Positions 23,530 through 37,242 of a stretch of 64,000 nt of DNA are shown piece by piece (position 1 is the first letter of the stretch; every line of letters begins with the position of its first letter). The stretch spans positions 109,184,001 to 109,248,000 of the forward strand of contig NC_086107.1 in assembly GCF_963921235.1 (NCBI RefSeq), read 5' to 3'. The notes beneath the pieces were generated by a model. The model was not told the origin of the DNA. It ran no database searches and saw only the letters and a program-made list of their open reading frames with translations. A program made the position numbers and the translations under genes. This stretch comes from Mobula hypostoma (lineage: Eukaryota).

Positions 23530-24630
23530 TCTCGATCTCTCTGTCTCCATCTCTGGAGACAAGCTGTCATCAGGCATCTTTTATAAACCTACCTACTTTT
23601 ATAACCATGGTTATCCCGCCTATACCTCTTCCGATGGCCAAGCATTTTAATTCCCATTCCCACTCCCGTTACGATCTGTCGATCCATGTCCTCCTCTCGT
23701 GCCAAGATAAGACCACCCTCAGGGTGGAGGAGCAACACCTTATATTCCATCTGGGTAGCCTCCAACCTGATGGCATGAATATTGACTTCTCCTTCCAGTG
23801 AACAAAATTCCTCACCCCCTTCCTCTATTCCCCACTCTTGACATTTTATTTCTTCTCATAGAAACATAGAAAATAGGTGCAGGAGTAGGCCATTCGGCCC
23901 TTCGAGTCTGCACCGCCATTTATTATGATCATGGCTGATCATCCAACTCAGAACCCCACCCCAGCCTTCCCTCCATACTCCCTGACCCCCGTAGCCACAA
24001 GGGCCATATCTAACTCCCTCTTAAATATAGCCAATGAACTGGCCTCAACAGTTTCCTGTGGCAGAGAATTCCACAGATTCACCACTTTCTGTGTGAAGAA
24101 GTTTTTCCTCATCTCGGTCCTAAAAGGCTTCCCCTCTATCCTCAAACTGTGGCCCCTCGTTCTGGACTTCCCCAACATCGGGAACAATCTTCCTGCATCT
24201 AGCCTGTCCAATCCCTTTAGGATCTTATACGTTTCAATCAGATCCCCCCTCAATCTTCTAAATTCCAACGAGTACAAGCCCAGTTCATCCAGTCTTTCTT
24301 CATATGAAAGTCCTGCCATCCCAGGAATCAATCTGCCTATTACTTCCCCCTCTCCTTCCCTTTCTGCCATAGTTCACTCTCTTCTCCTATCAGATCCCTT
24401 CCTCTCCAGCCCTCGACCTTTCCCATCACCCATCACCTTCCAGCCAGCCTCCTTCCCTCCCCCCACACCTTTTCATTCTGGCATCCTCCCCCTTCTTTCT
24501 CAGTACTGAAGAAGGGCCTTGGCCCGAAATGTCAACTGTATACTCCTTTCCACAGATGCTGCCTGACCTGCTGAGCTCCTCCAGCTGTTTGTGGGTTTCC
24601 AGCATCTGCAGACCTTCTTGTGTTTGTGAT
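23530..24630 (+). mobile_element. Internally deleted Penelope fragment interrupted by a minus-strand CR1 3' end (about 23858-24332)
   Basis: HFNSHSHS...LRVEEQHLIFHLGSLQPDGMNIDFS (23607..23801); CR1 ORF2 tail GLSYEERLDELGLYSLEFRRLRGDLIETYKI on the minus strand; hammerhead-like motif at 24501-24538. Confidence 0.8.
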
Positions 24631-25651
24631 AACCCTTAGTGACTTTGTTTTTTAGAAATATATTAAGACTCTTCTGTGACATGTCCAGTTTCTGACTATA
24701 CTCAGCACGTTACAGAAACCAGCCTCCACTCCATAGATTCTGTCTACACTTCTCACTGCCTAAAGCAGTCGGCATAATCAAAGACCCCACCCACCCACCC
24801 GGACATTCTCCCTTTTCCCCTCTCCCCTTGGGAAGAACATACCAAGGCCTGAAAGCATGTCCCACCAGACTCAAGGACAGCTTCTATCCCACTTGTAATA
24901 AGACATAAATGGTTCCGTAGTACAACAAGACGGACTCTTTACCCCATATTCTACATTCTTGTGGTCTTGAGCTCCATTGTTTACCTGCACCGCACTTTCT
25001 CTGTAGCTGTTCCACTTTATTCTGCATTGTTATTGTTTTCCCTTGTTTAGAAGGCTTAATGTTACCGGCATATGTTGTGAAATTTCTTGCCTTTGTGGCA
25101 GGAGTACATTGCAATACATAATAACAGGAAAAAACTGTGAATTACTGTAAATATATATCAATCAAATAATTAAATTAATTAAGTAATGCAAAATAGAATT
25201 TAAAAAGTAGTGAGGTGGTGTTTATGGATTCAACGTCCATTCAGCCATCAGATGGTAGAGGGGAAGAAGCTGTTCCTGAAACGCTGAGTGTGTGTCTTCA
25301 GGCTTGGTAGCAATTTGAAGAGGGCATGTCCTGGGTGATGGGGGTCCTTAGTGATGGACGGTGCCTTTGTGAGGCATTGCTCCTCGAAGATGTCCTGATA
25401 CTACGGGGGCTGGTGCCCTTGATGGAGCTGACTAAGTTTACAGCTCTCTGCAGCTTATTTCAGTCCTCTGCAGTAGCCCCGTACACCAGATGGTGACACA
25501 GTTAGAATGGTCTCCGCAGTACATCTGTAGAAATTCTACAGTAATGTAATGAATTGATCTGTACAAAGAATGTGCAGGATAAGCTTTTCACTGTATCTTG
25601 GGACATGTGACAATAATAAACCAATTCTAATTCCAATTTCAATCTAATCTA

Positions 25652-26165
25652 GTCATAGTCATAGTCATAGTCATACTTTATTGATCCTGGGGGAAACTGG
25701 TTTTCGTTACAGTTGCACCATAAATAATAAATAGTAATAGTAATATTACTATTAGTAAATAGTAAATAGTAATAGTCATAGAAATAATAAATAGTAATAG
25801 AATAGTAATAGAAAAAAGTAATAAATAGTTAAATAGTAATATGTAAATTATGCCAGTAAATTATGAAATAAATTCAGGACCAGCCTGTCGGCTCAGGGTG
25901 TCTGACCCTCCAAGGGAGGAGTTGTAAAGTTTGATGGCCACAGGCAGGAATAACTTCCTATGACGCTCTGTGTTGCATCTCGGTGGAATGAGTCTCTGGC
26001 TGAATGTACTCCTGTGCCCACCCAGTACATTATGTGGTGGATGGGAGACATTGTCCAAGATGGCATGCAACTTGGACAGCATCCTCTTTTCAGACACCAC
26101 CGTCAGAGAGTCCAGTTCCATCCCCACAACATCACTGGCCTTACAAATGAGTTTCAATTTGTCCA
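25652..26165 (-). mobile_element. Rex1-like LINE 3' fragment with simple-repeat tail
   Basis: NKLDKLKLICKASDVVG...HPPH...SQRLIPPRCNTERHRKLFLPVAIKLYNS; related pieces at 1580-1893 (-) and 59180-59760 (-). Confidence 0.75.
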
Positions 26166-26224
26166 ATTTGTTTGCAATTGGCCCGTACCTTATGATCTTT
26201 TCCAATCCACGTACCTGCCTATGG

Positions 26225-26985
26225 AACACACACACAATGCTGGAGGAACTCAGCAGGCCAGGCAGCATCTATGGAAAGAAGTACAGTCAATGATTCGGGC
26301 TGAAATCCTTCGGCAGGGCTGGAGAAAAGAAAGCTGAGGAGTAGATTTGAAAGGTGGAGGGAGAGGAAAGAGAAACACCAGATGATAGGTGAAACTTGGA
26401 CGGGGAGGGATGAAGCAAAGAGCTAGAAAGTTGATTGGTGAAAGAGACAGAAGGCCATGGAAGAAAGAAGAAAAGTGAGGGATGGAGGAGCACCAGAGGG
26501 AGGTGATGGGCGGTCAAGGAGGTGACATGAGAGAGGGACAAGGGGATGGGAAATGGTGAAGGGGGGAGGGCGTGGAGCCATTATTGGAAGTTTGAGAAAT
26601 CAATATTCATGCCATCAAGTTGGAGCTACCCAAATGGAATATAAGGTGTTGTTCCTCCAACCTAAGTGTGGCCTCATCACGACAGTGGAGGAGGCCAAGG
26701 ATGGACATATGGGAATGGGAATGTGAAGTGGAATTAAAATGGGTGGCCACTGGGAGATCCCGCTTGTTCTGGAGCGAGGTGTTCGGCGAAGTGGTCTCCC
26801 AATCTACGTCAGGTCTCACCGATATACGGGAGGCCACACATATGGCCCCAACGGACTCACAGATGAAGTGTCGCCTCACCTGGAAGGACTGTTTGGGGCC
26901 CTGAATGGCAGTGAGGGAGTAGGTGTAGAGGCAGATGAAGCACTTTTTCCACTTGCAAGGAAAAGTACCGGGGGTAGATCAGTGG
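26225..26985 (-). mobile_element. Penelope-like 3' fragment, older subfamily
   Basis: Minus-strand ORF 26607..26879 DLPVATHFNSTSHSHSHMSILGLLHCRDEATLRLEEQHLIFHLG plus terminal repeat. Confidence 0.8.
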
Positions 26986-27334
26986 GGAGGGATGTTTGCC
27001 TGTCTGTGGACTTGTTCCATATACACACCACCCTTCATGTGGAAAAATATACCCCTCAGATTCATAATAAATCTTTCCCCTCTCATCTTGAATCTATGCC
27101 CTCTGGTTTTTTTTTATTCTCTTCCCTTGGGAAAAAGACTGCTTGGATTTGCCTTATCCATACTCCCCCCTCATAATTTAATACACCTGATGGTATTGTG
27201 TGATGAACTGGCGCACTGGGACATCTGGATGGCTCTGGGCTGGGTTACCGGGACAGTGAGATGCAGGGGGGTACGAGAAGGGAATACGGCAAGTGAGAAG
27301 TGCAAGCAACTAGCCAGGCCGAAGCTGCCACGCA

Positions 27335-29345
27335 ATCTAACGTGGCGGTTAAGAAGGCGTATGGTGAGCTGGCCCTCGTTAGTCAGGGAAATTGAGTTGA
27401 AGAGCCCTGAGGTAAAGTGGCAGCTCTATAAAACCCTGGTTAGACCACACTTGGAATACTGTGTTCCGTTCCTGTCGCTACTTTAAAGGAAGGATGTGGA
27501 AGCTTTAGAGAGGGTGCAGAGGAGATTTACGATGGTACTGCTTGGATTAGAGAGCACGTCTTATGAGGAAAGGTTGAACAAGCTAGGGCTTTTCTCTTTG
27601 GAGCAGAGGAGGATGAGAAGAGACTTGATAGAGGTGTACAAGATGATAAGAGGCATACATAGAGTGGACAGCCAGGGCGGAAATAACTCATGCAAGAGGA
27701 CATACTCAAGAGGTGATTGGAGGGAAGTATAAGGGGGTATGTTAGAGGTAAGTTTTTTTACACAGAGATTGGTAGGAGTGTAGAACACCCTGCCAGGGGT
27801 GGTGTTAGAGGCAGACACCTTCAGGGGATTTAATAAACACTTAGGTAGGCACGTTTTTTGATAGAAAAATGGTGGGCTAAGTAAGAGAGAAGGGTTAGAT
27901 TGATCGTAGAGTAGGTTAGATGGCAGACACATCGTAGGACAAAGGGCCAGAGGCACAGGAGGATGAGAGGTGACTCGATAGAGGTGTGCAAAATGAAAAA
28001 AGGCATATATGTGGACTTTCTTCCAGAGCGGAAATGTCTAATACAAAGGGAAAAGATTTTGAGGTGATTGGAGGAAAGTACAGGGAGATTTCAGAGATAA
28101 GTTCTTCACACAGAGAGTGGTGAGTTATATTCTATATTCGATTGGGGCGGGGACTGTCCTATGAAAGCAAACATATTGAGAAAGAGAGACCTTGCAGCAA
28201 TACTATAGTGTAGCCAGCAGGTCCAGCCCTTCCTGAGCGAAAGTGGAAGTTACATTGCTTCCGATGTTGGTTCACTGATTTCACAACAGATTGTGTGACT
28301 TTTCACCCATTGCATAGAGCACCCAAGAGATCAGAGACATCCCAAGTCCAGACATCTCTCAGGGTTGCCGCCCAAGTTCCTAGGGTTGTTACGTAGGCGT
28401 ACAGTAAGTTAGCCTTCAATAGTTAAACGGTTGAGCTGAAGAGTCAGGAGGTTATGTTGCCTCTCTGTAGAAGTCTGGTTAGACCGCACTTGGAGAATTG
28501 TGCTCAGTTCTGGCCACCCTATTAAAGAAAGGATGTGGAAACTTTAGAGAGGGTGCAGAGGAGATTTACCAGGATACTGCCTGGATTAGGATACATGTCT
28601 TATGAGGAAAGGTTGAGTGAGCTAGGGCTTTAGAGCCAACAAGGATAAGACGAGACTTGATAGAGATGTATAATATAAGAGGCTTTGACAGAGTGGACAG
28701 CAGAGATCTTTTCCCAGGGCAGAGATAACTAATGCAAGAGGACATACTTTTAAGGTGTTAGGAGGAACATTTAGATGGAATGTCGGAGGTAGCTTTTTTT
28801 AATAGCTTTGTTAGTTTTTTTTTGTGCAGGGGGTGATTGGGAGTTGGGGGTTAGATGTTCTTGTTGCTAATTGACATAATTTGTTAGTTTTTTTGTGCAG
28901 GGGTGGTTGGGTTTGGGGGTTAGATGTCCTTGTTGCTGTTTGACACACTTTGTTTTTTTTTGTGCATGGTGGTGGTTGATCATGTTGCCGTTTGCAAGAT
29001 TTGTTTTTTTTTTCCTGTGTGGGGGTGGTCTTTGAACAACTCCCATGGTGTTCTTTGCTTCTACCTGGAGAAGACAAACCTGAGGGTTATACACTGCGTA
29101 TGTACTTTGAGACAAAATGAGCCTTTGAACCGTTTATGGAGAGTGGGAGTGCATGGAACACCCTGCCAAGGGTGGTAGTAGAGGCAGGTACATTAGGAAT
29201 GTTTAAGAGACTCTGAGATAGGCAGCTAGGTGAAAGAGAAGTGGAGGACTATGAAGGAGGGAAGGGTTGGATTGATCTTAAGGGTAGGTTAACAGGTTGG
29301 CACAACATCATGGGCTGAAAGGCCTGTTCTGTGTTGTTTCATGTT
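27335..29345 (+). mobile_element. Cluster of degenerate CR1 3' fragments
   Basis: LYKTLVRPHLEYCV, ALERVQRRFT..LGLESTSYEERLNKLGLFSLEQRR; repeated at about 28430-28800 and 29135-29345. Related fragments at 1-130, 6180-6710, 36090-36440 and 39445-39565. Confidence 0.8.
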
Positions 29346-29717
29346 CAGTCTGATAGCAGAATGTTGCAGTAGGTTACAGGCTCACTCGATTGGAAATGTA
29401 AGGACCTAACATGAGACACAGAGGATGTTTTACCAGAGTGCCATCGGGAGCTAGTACCTCAGTGACGTGGGTAGAACAGAGAACTTGTGGTTGTTCATCT
29501 TTGGGCATAGAAAGCAAAGGGATGGAGCCAAGAGAGGCTTAAAACCATGAAAGGCTTTGACAGAATAAACACGGAGGAGATTTCCACTGACTGGGTGAGA
29601 CAGAGACTGAAAGTCAATGAACCGCAGATGCCAAAACGCTGAAATAAAACAGAGAAAGATGGGAATACTGAGCAGGTCAGATGCATCTGTAGCTGGAAAA
29701 TTGGGTAATTTTTCCTA

Positions 29718-30352
29718 AACTCGAGTGAGTCTGCAGATGCCGGAAATCCAGAGCAACACGCACAAAATGCTGGAGGAACTCAGCAGGTCAGGCTGCATCT
29801 GTGGACGTGAATAAACAGTCGACATTTTGGGCCAAGACCCTTCACCGGGCCTCGAAAGGAAGGGGGAAGATGCCAGAATTAAAAAGGTGGGGTAAGGGGA
29901 AGGAAGCTGGCTGGAAGGTGATAGGTGAAGCCAGGTGGGTGGGAAAGGTCAAGGGACCAGAGAAGGAGGTATCTGATAGGAGAGGAGAATGGACCACAGG
30001 TGAAAGGGAAAGAGGAGGTAAAATTTAGAGTGAGGAAGGGGAGGGGGGGAATTTGTTTACCGGAAGGAGAAATCAATATTCATGCCATCTGGTTGGAGGT
30101 TATCCTGATGGAATATGAGGTGTTACTCCTCCACCCTGAGGGTGGCCTCATCATGGCACAAGAGGAGGCCATGGTCCGACACTTTGGAATGGGAAGTGTC
30201 CCCGGGACCCCTTTCAGTCCTGGTGAAGGGTCTCGGCCCAAAACGTCGACTGTTTATACATTTCCATAGATGCTGCCTGACCTGCTGAGTTCCTCCAGCA
30301 CTTCATGTGCGTTGCTTTGGATCTCCAGCATCCTCAGATTTTCTCGTGTTTG
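29718..30352. mobile_element. Penelope-like fragment with inverted terminal repeats
   Basis: Minus-strand terminus and GIY-YIG tail relic (29718-30195), then a plus-strand copy of the terminus (30210-30352) with a degenerate hammerhead. Confidence 0.75.
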
Positions 30353-30527
30353 AAGGCAAATATTTTTCGTTAGCATGGGGAGCGCTGCCGTAAAGCAGGT
30401 TCAGGAAGAAATTTCAAAGGGGACATGGATGCAGGGCTGCAGGGAGTGGGAGTAATCTGGGAGGTCGCTGATCGAGAAGCCACTGGCAGCACGTGTTAAA
30501 GGGCCGCTGTGCACATTGTCCCCACAG

Positions 30528-30759
30528 GATGCATTTGCCAGGGGTGAGGTCTTCATCGGCAGCAGTGACAATGGCTACATGGCCAAAGAGGGACTTCCTC
30601 CTGGCACGCAGGGCAACGGGAGCTGGCAGTTCGGCATCACCATAGTAACGCCGGACCGGCACTTCCTGTTCACCTGTGAGACGGAAAGAGATCGCCGGGA
30701 CTGGATAGCGGCCTTCAATGGAGTGATGAATCAGCAAATGTCACCACAAGAATACACAG
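30528..30759 (+). CDS. ADAP1: ADAP1-like coding exon: DAFARGEVFIGSSDNGY...GITIVTPDRHFLFTCETERDRRDWIAAFNGVMNQQMSPQEYT
   Basis: CCCCACAG acceptor, GTACTC donor (phase 1), 232 bp; lies within ORF 30516..31193; matches the C-terminal half of ADAP1 PH2. Confidence 0.93.
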
Positions 30760-31254
30760 GTACTCTCACCTCAGTTCCTACATCACAACCATCTCCCCTT
30801 TTCCTATCAGCTCTTTTCTTCCCCAGTCTCTTCTCACATCACTGCCTCTGCCTCCCAAATATTGACCTCCCTTTGCTCTATTTCCTCCTCCGACCCCTGG
30901 CCTCTCCCCCCTCCAGCCTTACCTCATTCACTCTGCCCCTCAAATGTTCTCTTACCTCCATTTTCTTTTACCCCCTATCCCTCACTCTCTCCCCTCAAAG
31001 CAGACCTAGCTTTCTCACTGCCTCAAATATTCCCCTCACCCCCCAGCCTCGCCTCGTTCTCCTCCCCCTCAGATATTCCCCTATCCATCCCTGCGGGCAT
31101 ACTCAGCAAATCTTTAGAATAGTAACGATAACAGGATCAATGAAAGACCAACCAGAGTGCAGAAGACAACAAACTGTGCAAATGCAAATATAAATAAATA
31201 GCAATAAATAATGAGAACATAATGAGTGGGTCCATAGGTTGTGGGAACATTTCA

Positions 31255-31750
31255 CAAGACCATAAGATATAGGAGCAGAAGTAGGCCATTCAGCACATCA
31301 ATTCTGCTCCACCATTCAATCATGGGCTGATCCAATTCATTCCAGTCATCCCCACTCCCCTGCTTTCACCCCATACTCTTTGATGCCTGGCTAATCAAGA
31401 ACCTATCTATCTCTGCCTTAATTACACCCAATGACTTGGCCTCCACAGCCGCTCATGGCAACAAATTCCACAGATTTACCACCCTCTGACTAAAGTAATT
31501 TCTCCGCATCTCAGTTCCAAAAAGACGTCCTTCAATCCTGAAGTCGTGCCCTCTTATCCTAGAATCCCCTGCCATGGGAAATAACTGCCATATCTAATCT
31601 GTTCAGGCCTTTTAACATTCAGAATGTTTCTTTGAGATCCCCCCCTTATTCTCTAACTCCAGGGAATACAGCCCAAGAGCTGCCAGATATTCCTCATATG
31701 GTAACCCTTTCATTCTCGTGAATCTTTTCTGAACCCTCTCCAATGTCAAT
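31255..31750 (-). mobile_element. CR1 LINE 3' fragment
   Basis: Same 3' UTR hairpin (ggagcagaagtaggccattc) and body as 12057-12880. Similar fragments at 14345-14582 (-), 44300-44675 (-), 48410-48710 (+) and 15145-15505 (+). Confidence 0.82.
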
Positions 31751-33804
31751 TATGGGGCAAATGAAGCTATCTCCATTGTTCAAGAGCCTGATGGTAACTG
31801 TACCTGAACCCGGTGGTGTGAGTCCTGAGGCTCTTGTACTTTCTTCCTGATGGCAGCGGCGAGAAAAGAGCATGATCTGGGTGCTGGGGGTCCCTGATGA
31901 TAGACGCTGCTTTCCCACCACAGCGTTTCATGTAGATGTGCTCAATGGAGGGGAGGGCTTTACCCGCGATGGACTTGGACGGATTTTCCATTCAAGGGCA
32001 TTGGTGTTTCCATACTAGGTTCATCTCAGAACCTACTACGTCCACACCAACCGTCATTCATTTCCAATAATAATCTAATTATATTCTCAAATTCCCAACA
32101 AGTCACCCCAGACTCTACCACTCAACCACACACTCGGGGAAATCTACAGCAGCCAGTCAGCCTACCTTTGGGATGACGGAGGAAACCAGAGCACGTGGGG
32201 GAAGCCCACACAGTCACAGGGAGAACGAGCAAACTCCACACAGACAGCACCCGAGGTCAGGATCGAACCAGGCTCTCGGGTGCTGTGAGGTAGTGGTTCT
32301 ACCCACTGTATTACCGTGCTGATCCTCACACGGGGAGAGAAAAAAGTGTGAAAAGCAGGACACAGCAAGAGTCCAGGAACCCGGGGGGGAGGAGGGGAGG
32401 ACCTACGATGAGGAGGAGATGGGGGCTAATCTGGGAAGGGGAACTGAACCAAAGAAAACTGTTATATCCTGCAGATGATATCAAGTCTTATCCTTGATTT
32501 AACCAAGAGCTTAACATTTAACTAACTGAATTCCAGTGAAGATCCAGTGATGAGAACACAGAGAGATGTAAATTCAATTCATAGAATGGACTAGGAGACC
32601 ATTCAGCCCATCTTGTCCATTCCTTGGTTCCACGCCCCAGGTCCTGTCTCTATCGAACACAGTGAATTCTGGAATTATGCTCCCACAGAGTTGACAGTGG
32701 GAAGCAATTTGGAATTCTGTAGGAAACTGGAGCATCCAGGGCAAAACTACACAGTCACAGGGAGGTCCTGCAAACTCCACACGGACAGTGCCAGAGGTCA
32801 GGATCAAACCCGGGTCGCTGAAGCTCGGAGGCGACAACTCTACCTGTTGCGCAGCTGCACTGCCAAATCAGGGCCCGAATCATAGACACAGGAGGTCCTG
32901 CAGGTGCTGGAAATCCCAGAGTAACACACTGGAGGAACTCAGCAGGTCAGGCAGCATCCATGGAGGGGAATAAGCAGCCGGCGCTTCAGGAATGAAGAAG
33001 GGCCTCAGCCCGAAGTGCCAACTGTTTATTTCTCTCCATAGATGCTGCCTGGCCTGCTGAGTTCCTCCAGCATTTTGTGTGCGTTGCTCAGGACCTGAGT
33101 CAGGAGGTTTCCCAGAGTCACTGCTTACTGAAGGCAGTGAGAAGAGGGCAAGGCAAAGGAGGGAGGCAATGGGGACCAATAAAGAGTTTTTGTGTCCATT
33201 ACTTCCTCGATTTAGACCATGAAACCATAAGATATGACGATGATGATGACATCTGTCTGTCTCAAAAGGCAATGGAGTCATGTGACCTCTCCAGGCCACA
33301 AGCCTGGGCAGAAGGTGTAGAGAGCCTGGCATGCCCGATCGTCACGGTCCCCCTCTCAACCTCACCGGTGTAGTCCAAAGGAAAGTGAAGCAGTACGTTT
33401 GGCACCACCTTGGCTGCAGGAGCTGCCAGGAGGACTTTCGGTCTGGGCTTACCCCTGTAGCCTTCGTCTCTCCCGAGGCTGCCCGCAAGGCAGTGGGGCT
33501 ACTTACCCACAGCTGGGGATCTGGTTCACGAGCACCAGGGCGTGTCCACGCACCAGTGGGCCTCCGTGCTACGTCCTGGGTAGCTCAGCCTGCGTCTGAA
33601 AGGAGCTCAGTTCCTGTGTGGGGAGCACGAAGGAGGAGGTACTGCATGAGGCTTGCTGTTGGGGAGGCTATGTACGGGCAGGGAGAGACTTACGTATTCC
33701 GCTCTCCTTTTTGCAAGACGGCTAGCCAGTGGTGGAAGCTGAAACAGGAGTCACACGCTCTACCCACTACCCACTGGATGCATCACAGCAACCTCTTGAT
33801 ACCA

Positions 33805-34635
33805 ACCATAAAACATAGGAGCGGAATTCGGTCATTTGGCCCATCGAGTCTGCTCTGCCATTTATTAATGTCTGGTCTGTTTTCCCTCTCACCCCCAATC
33901 TCCTGATTTCTCCCCTTATCCTTTCTCATGCCCTGACTCATCAAAAATCTATCAACCTCTGCCTGAAATTTACATAAAAACTTGACCTCCACAGATGCCC
34001 GTGGCAACGAATTCCACAGAGTCACCGATCCCTGGCTAAAGAAATTCCTCCTTGTCCCCATTCTAAAAGGATGCCCCTCTATTCTGGGGCTGTGTCCTCT
34101 TTTCTTAGACTCAGCCACCATAGGAAATGTCCTCTCCACATCCACTTTATCGAGGCTTTTCAACATTCAATAGGTTTCAATGAAGTCACCCCTCAACCTT
34201 CTGAATTCCAGTGGGTAGAGGCCCAGAGCCATCAAACACCCCTCATGCAACAAGCCTTTCAATCCCAGAATCATTTTCATGAAGCTCCTTTGAACCTTCT
34301 CCAAGGTCAGGTTATCCTTTCTTAGATAAGGAAAAGGAAGGAAATTGCCTTTTAAACTCACAGGGAGCATAGACCATCAACTTTTTGCCGTTGATGTTTC
34401 TGTAGCAGGCAATTACTTTTTTACGAGGTCGAGTTGCTCGCTCGACGCTCAACCCAGCACGGGTGGAAAGCGTGCCAGGGAGCCGGCTGGATTCGAACTC
34501 GGGAGCCTTCGCTCCGAAGTCCGGCGCTGATGCCACTACGCCACCAGCCGGCTCTTTCTTAGATAAGGGGCCTAAAACTACTCATAATACTCTGAGTGAG
34601 GCCCCACCAGTGCTTGATAAAGCCTCAGCACTACG
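33805..34635 (-). mobile_element. CR1 LINE 3' fragment interrupted by a tRNA-SINE
   Basis: ORFs 33783..34166 and 34167..34370 give the CR1 ORF2 C-terminus (LGLYPLEFRRLRGD, RRNFFSQ). Confidence 0.85.
34332..34553 (-). mobile_element. tRNA-Arg(TCG)-like headed SINE inserted in CR1
   Basis: Head near-identical to the 18526 copy; 15-bp TSD CTTTCTTAGATAAGG at 34317-34331 and 34554-34568. Confidence 0.85.
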
Positions 34636-34671
34636 TCATCGCTTAGTGAATTACTCTCGTCTCTCTTTCAG

Positions 34672-34700
34672 TGGAAGCTTACTTCAAGCACAGACGGTAG
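34672..34700 (+). CDS. ADAP1: ADAP1-like terminal coding exon: (V)EAYFKHRR*
   Basis: CTCTCTTTCAG acceptor; phase-1 join gives GTG GAA GCT TAC TTC AAG CAC AGA CGG TAG, parallel to the ADAP1 C-terminus VEAHFKHKP. Confidence 0.88.
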
Positions 34701-35975
34701 ACGACGTTGGCCAACCTCTGACCTCCTACCCACCTTTACAGACAGACCACACAATGCTGCTGGAAGACATGTCGCCAACCTCTCCACCCATTACTGATGG
34801 AAGCAGATGCCGGCTCCCCAGAATCCCAGCTTCATCCTCCTGTGGGCTGGCAGATGGGAACAGCCTGGGGATGAAGAGGGACAGACACGCCCGGCCTCAT
34901 TAAGGGTTTCATTAACTGACTTACTCAGAAGTGACCACTCCTTTGCCTCTGGCGTGGCAGCGCTGCAATTAGCTTGTTGGTGGGAACACAGTCAATAGGT
35001 CATGTTCTCCAGCTGCCATTCCTGGTGGGGAGCTCTTCAGGAGCTGGAATTGCATGCTGTGAGGCACAGTTCACTGAGATCAGAAAGCCCCAGCAGAATT
35101 ATATGCCCCATGTAATTAATTAGGGAACAAAATAGAATAGGAAAGGGGGAAAATGATCGACAGAATAAGAGAAGGGCATTCTTCAGAGGCAGAATGATAG
35201 GACAAGTGCAAACAGGGTACTCAGAAGAAGAGCATAAGACCTAGGAGCAGAATTGGGCCATTTGGCCCATCAAGTTTGCTCCATCATTCCATCATGGCTG
35301 AGTTAACCCCATTCTCCTCCCTTCCCCCGATGCCCTGATTAATCAAGAACCTACCAACCTTCATATATCCAATGACATGGTTTGCACAGCCGTTTGTGGC
35401 AAAGAATTCCTCGGATTCGCCACCCTCTATATTTAACCAATACTCTAGCTCCCTGGAAGGCTTAGATTGGACAGTGTAAAGGAGTTTTCCTTTGTACTTA
35501 ACCCTTAGCTAACCTCCCTGGGAGCCAAAGGAGGGACTGTGTGTATCTAATCCTTGCTTAACTTCCCTGGAAGAGTTTAGTGGGACCTGGTAGAGGGATT
35601 GATCGATCCTCGTATTCTAAATTGTATTTAATTCACTGTGGAACAAGAAAGCAGGATACCCGAAACATGAAAATGCTCGATTCCTCAGTACTGACATCCC
35701 GAACTTGTTCAGCCCCCAGAACCTCAATGATATTTCTCCTCTCAGTTCAGAGGCTCTTGCAGCCACTCAAGAAGGACCAGGGCTTTAGGCCGTTTGAGTA
35801 CCCACCCCACCGGTGGTCCCACCATGGTCTGAAGCCCTGTTTCAGATACAGTAAGGCAACTGCTGATCAGCGATGGTGAAACATTCCTCAACGCATTAAA
35901 TACTCTGACCGGGAAAATATAAGGAAAAAAAAATGACATGTAAACCTTTCAATAAAATGGTGCAATTTTCCTGAT
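34701..35975 (+). other. Probable 3' UTR of the ADAP1-like gene, with candidate polyadenylation signal AATAAA at 35951-35956
   Basis: Mostly unique sequence after the stop codon; canonical AATAAA at 35951; contains a CR1 3'-end relic at about 35230-35430. Confidence 0.5.
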
Positions 35976-37242
35976 ATTTCCAAAACAGTTTGTCAACACA
36001 CACACACACTGGTATAAGTACCGAAACGTTCAGTACGCAACTAGTATTTTTTTTAGAGAGACTCCACGATAATGGACAAAGAATATTGTGTTGAGTTGTG
36101 GTCACCTCATTATGGGAAGGATGTGGAAGCTTTCGAGAGGGTGCAGAGGAGATTTACCAGCATGTACTTGGATTAGAGAGCATAGAGGGTGAGAGGTGAC
36201 TTGGTAGAGAAGTGCAAGATGATAAGAGGCATAGATTGAGTGAATAACCAGAGCCTTTTTCAACAAAAATGGCTAATACGAGAGGGCATAACTTTAAGGA
36301 GATTGGAGGAAAGTGTAGATGGAATGTCAGAGGTAGATTTTTACAGAGAGAGAGAGGTGGGTGCATGAAATGCACTGCTGGGGTGGTGGTAAAGGCAGAT
36401 ACATTAAGAATATTTAAAGAACTCTTAGATGTGCAAATAGATGATAGTGTTAGCCAGAAAGAACTACAGTCTACAAATCATTGAATTCAAATGAATGAAG
36501 AACAGTAGAAGTAGGCAAACCGACTGTCTTTATTCTTGACATGTGCATGAAGGAGATGGAGGTGGTCATTTTGTGAAACTGTCCTTGCAGCCCCCCATTT
36601 TGTGAACTCTTTGAGCTGATTCTTGCTCTGGGACAATGTGATCAGAGCAATTCAATGCAGACACAAGGAGCTTCAGCTAATGACCTGCTAAACCTGAGAC
36701 CACTCTCAGACGAGCAGGCTTGCAGGAGAAGCAATCTGTAATCTCATCAGACCTAGTGTCTGGGTCACCTGGTCTGAACCAGAGTTGAAAAGGACAAAGG
36801 CACAAGGTTGAGAGCAGAGACCATAAAACAATGCTGGTTGTAGCCCTGGACAAGAGCTAGTAAGAAGGTGACCCAGCTATGTCAGGTGACTTTGAGTCAG
36901 CGGGATGTAAATGCATCATTTGAACTGATGAGGAACACTATAAGAGTCAGGAGCTTCAAATACTAGGGAGTAATAACTCTCCAGAGACCAACCATCACGG
37001 ACGTGGATGACCCCACGGACATGTGGAGATTGGAGTGGGACCACAAGGAATGCCTGGCCAGTGTAGACCCCTTCCCCAGGTAATACCTTTTCTCTGCATT
37101 GACTGTTCATGGAGGGTCAGGGATTCTAGAGGAGTGCACACAGGTGGTTAGTTTGTGAACCCACATGTATTTTAGCTGAGACAATAAAGGTTACTTGTCA
37201 GTAATTACAGATTCTCTCTGTGCTTCTCTGATCTTTATTACA

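Noticed and set aside
30760..31193. C-terminal extension of ORF 30516..31193
   Set aside because: Read-through into the intron after the GT donor at 30760; low-complexity and repeat-derived.
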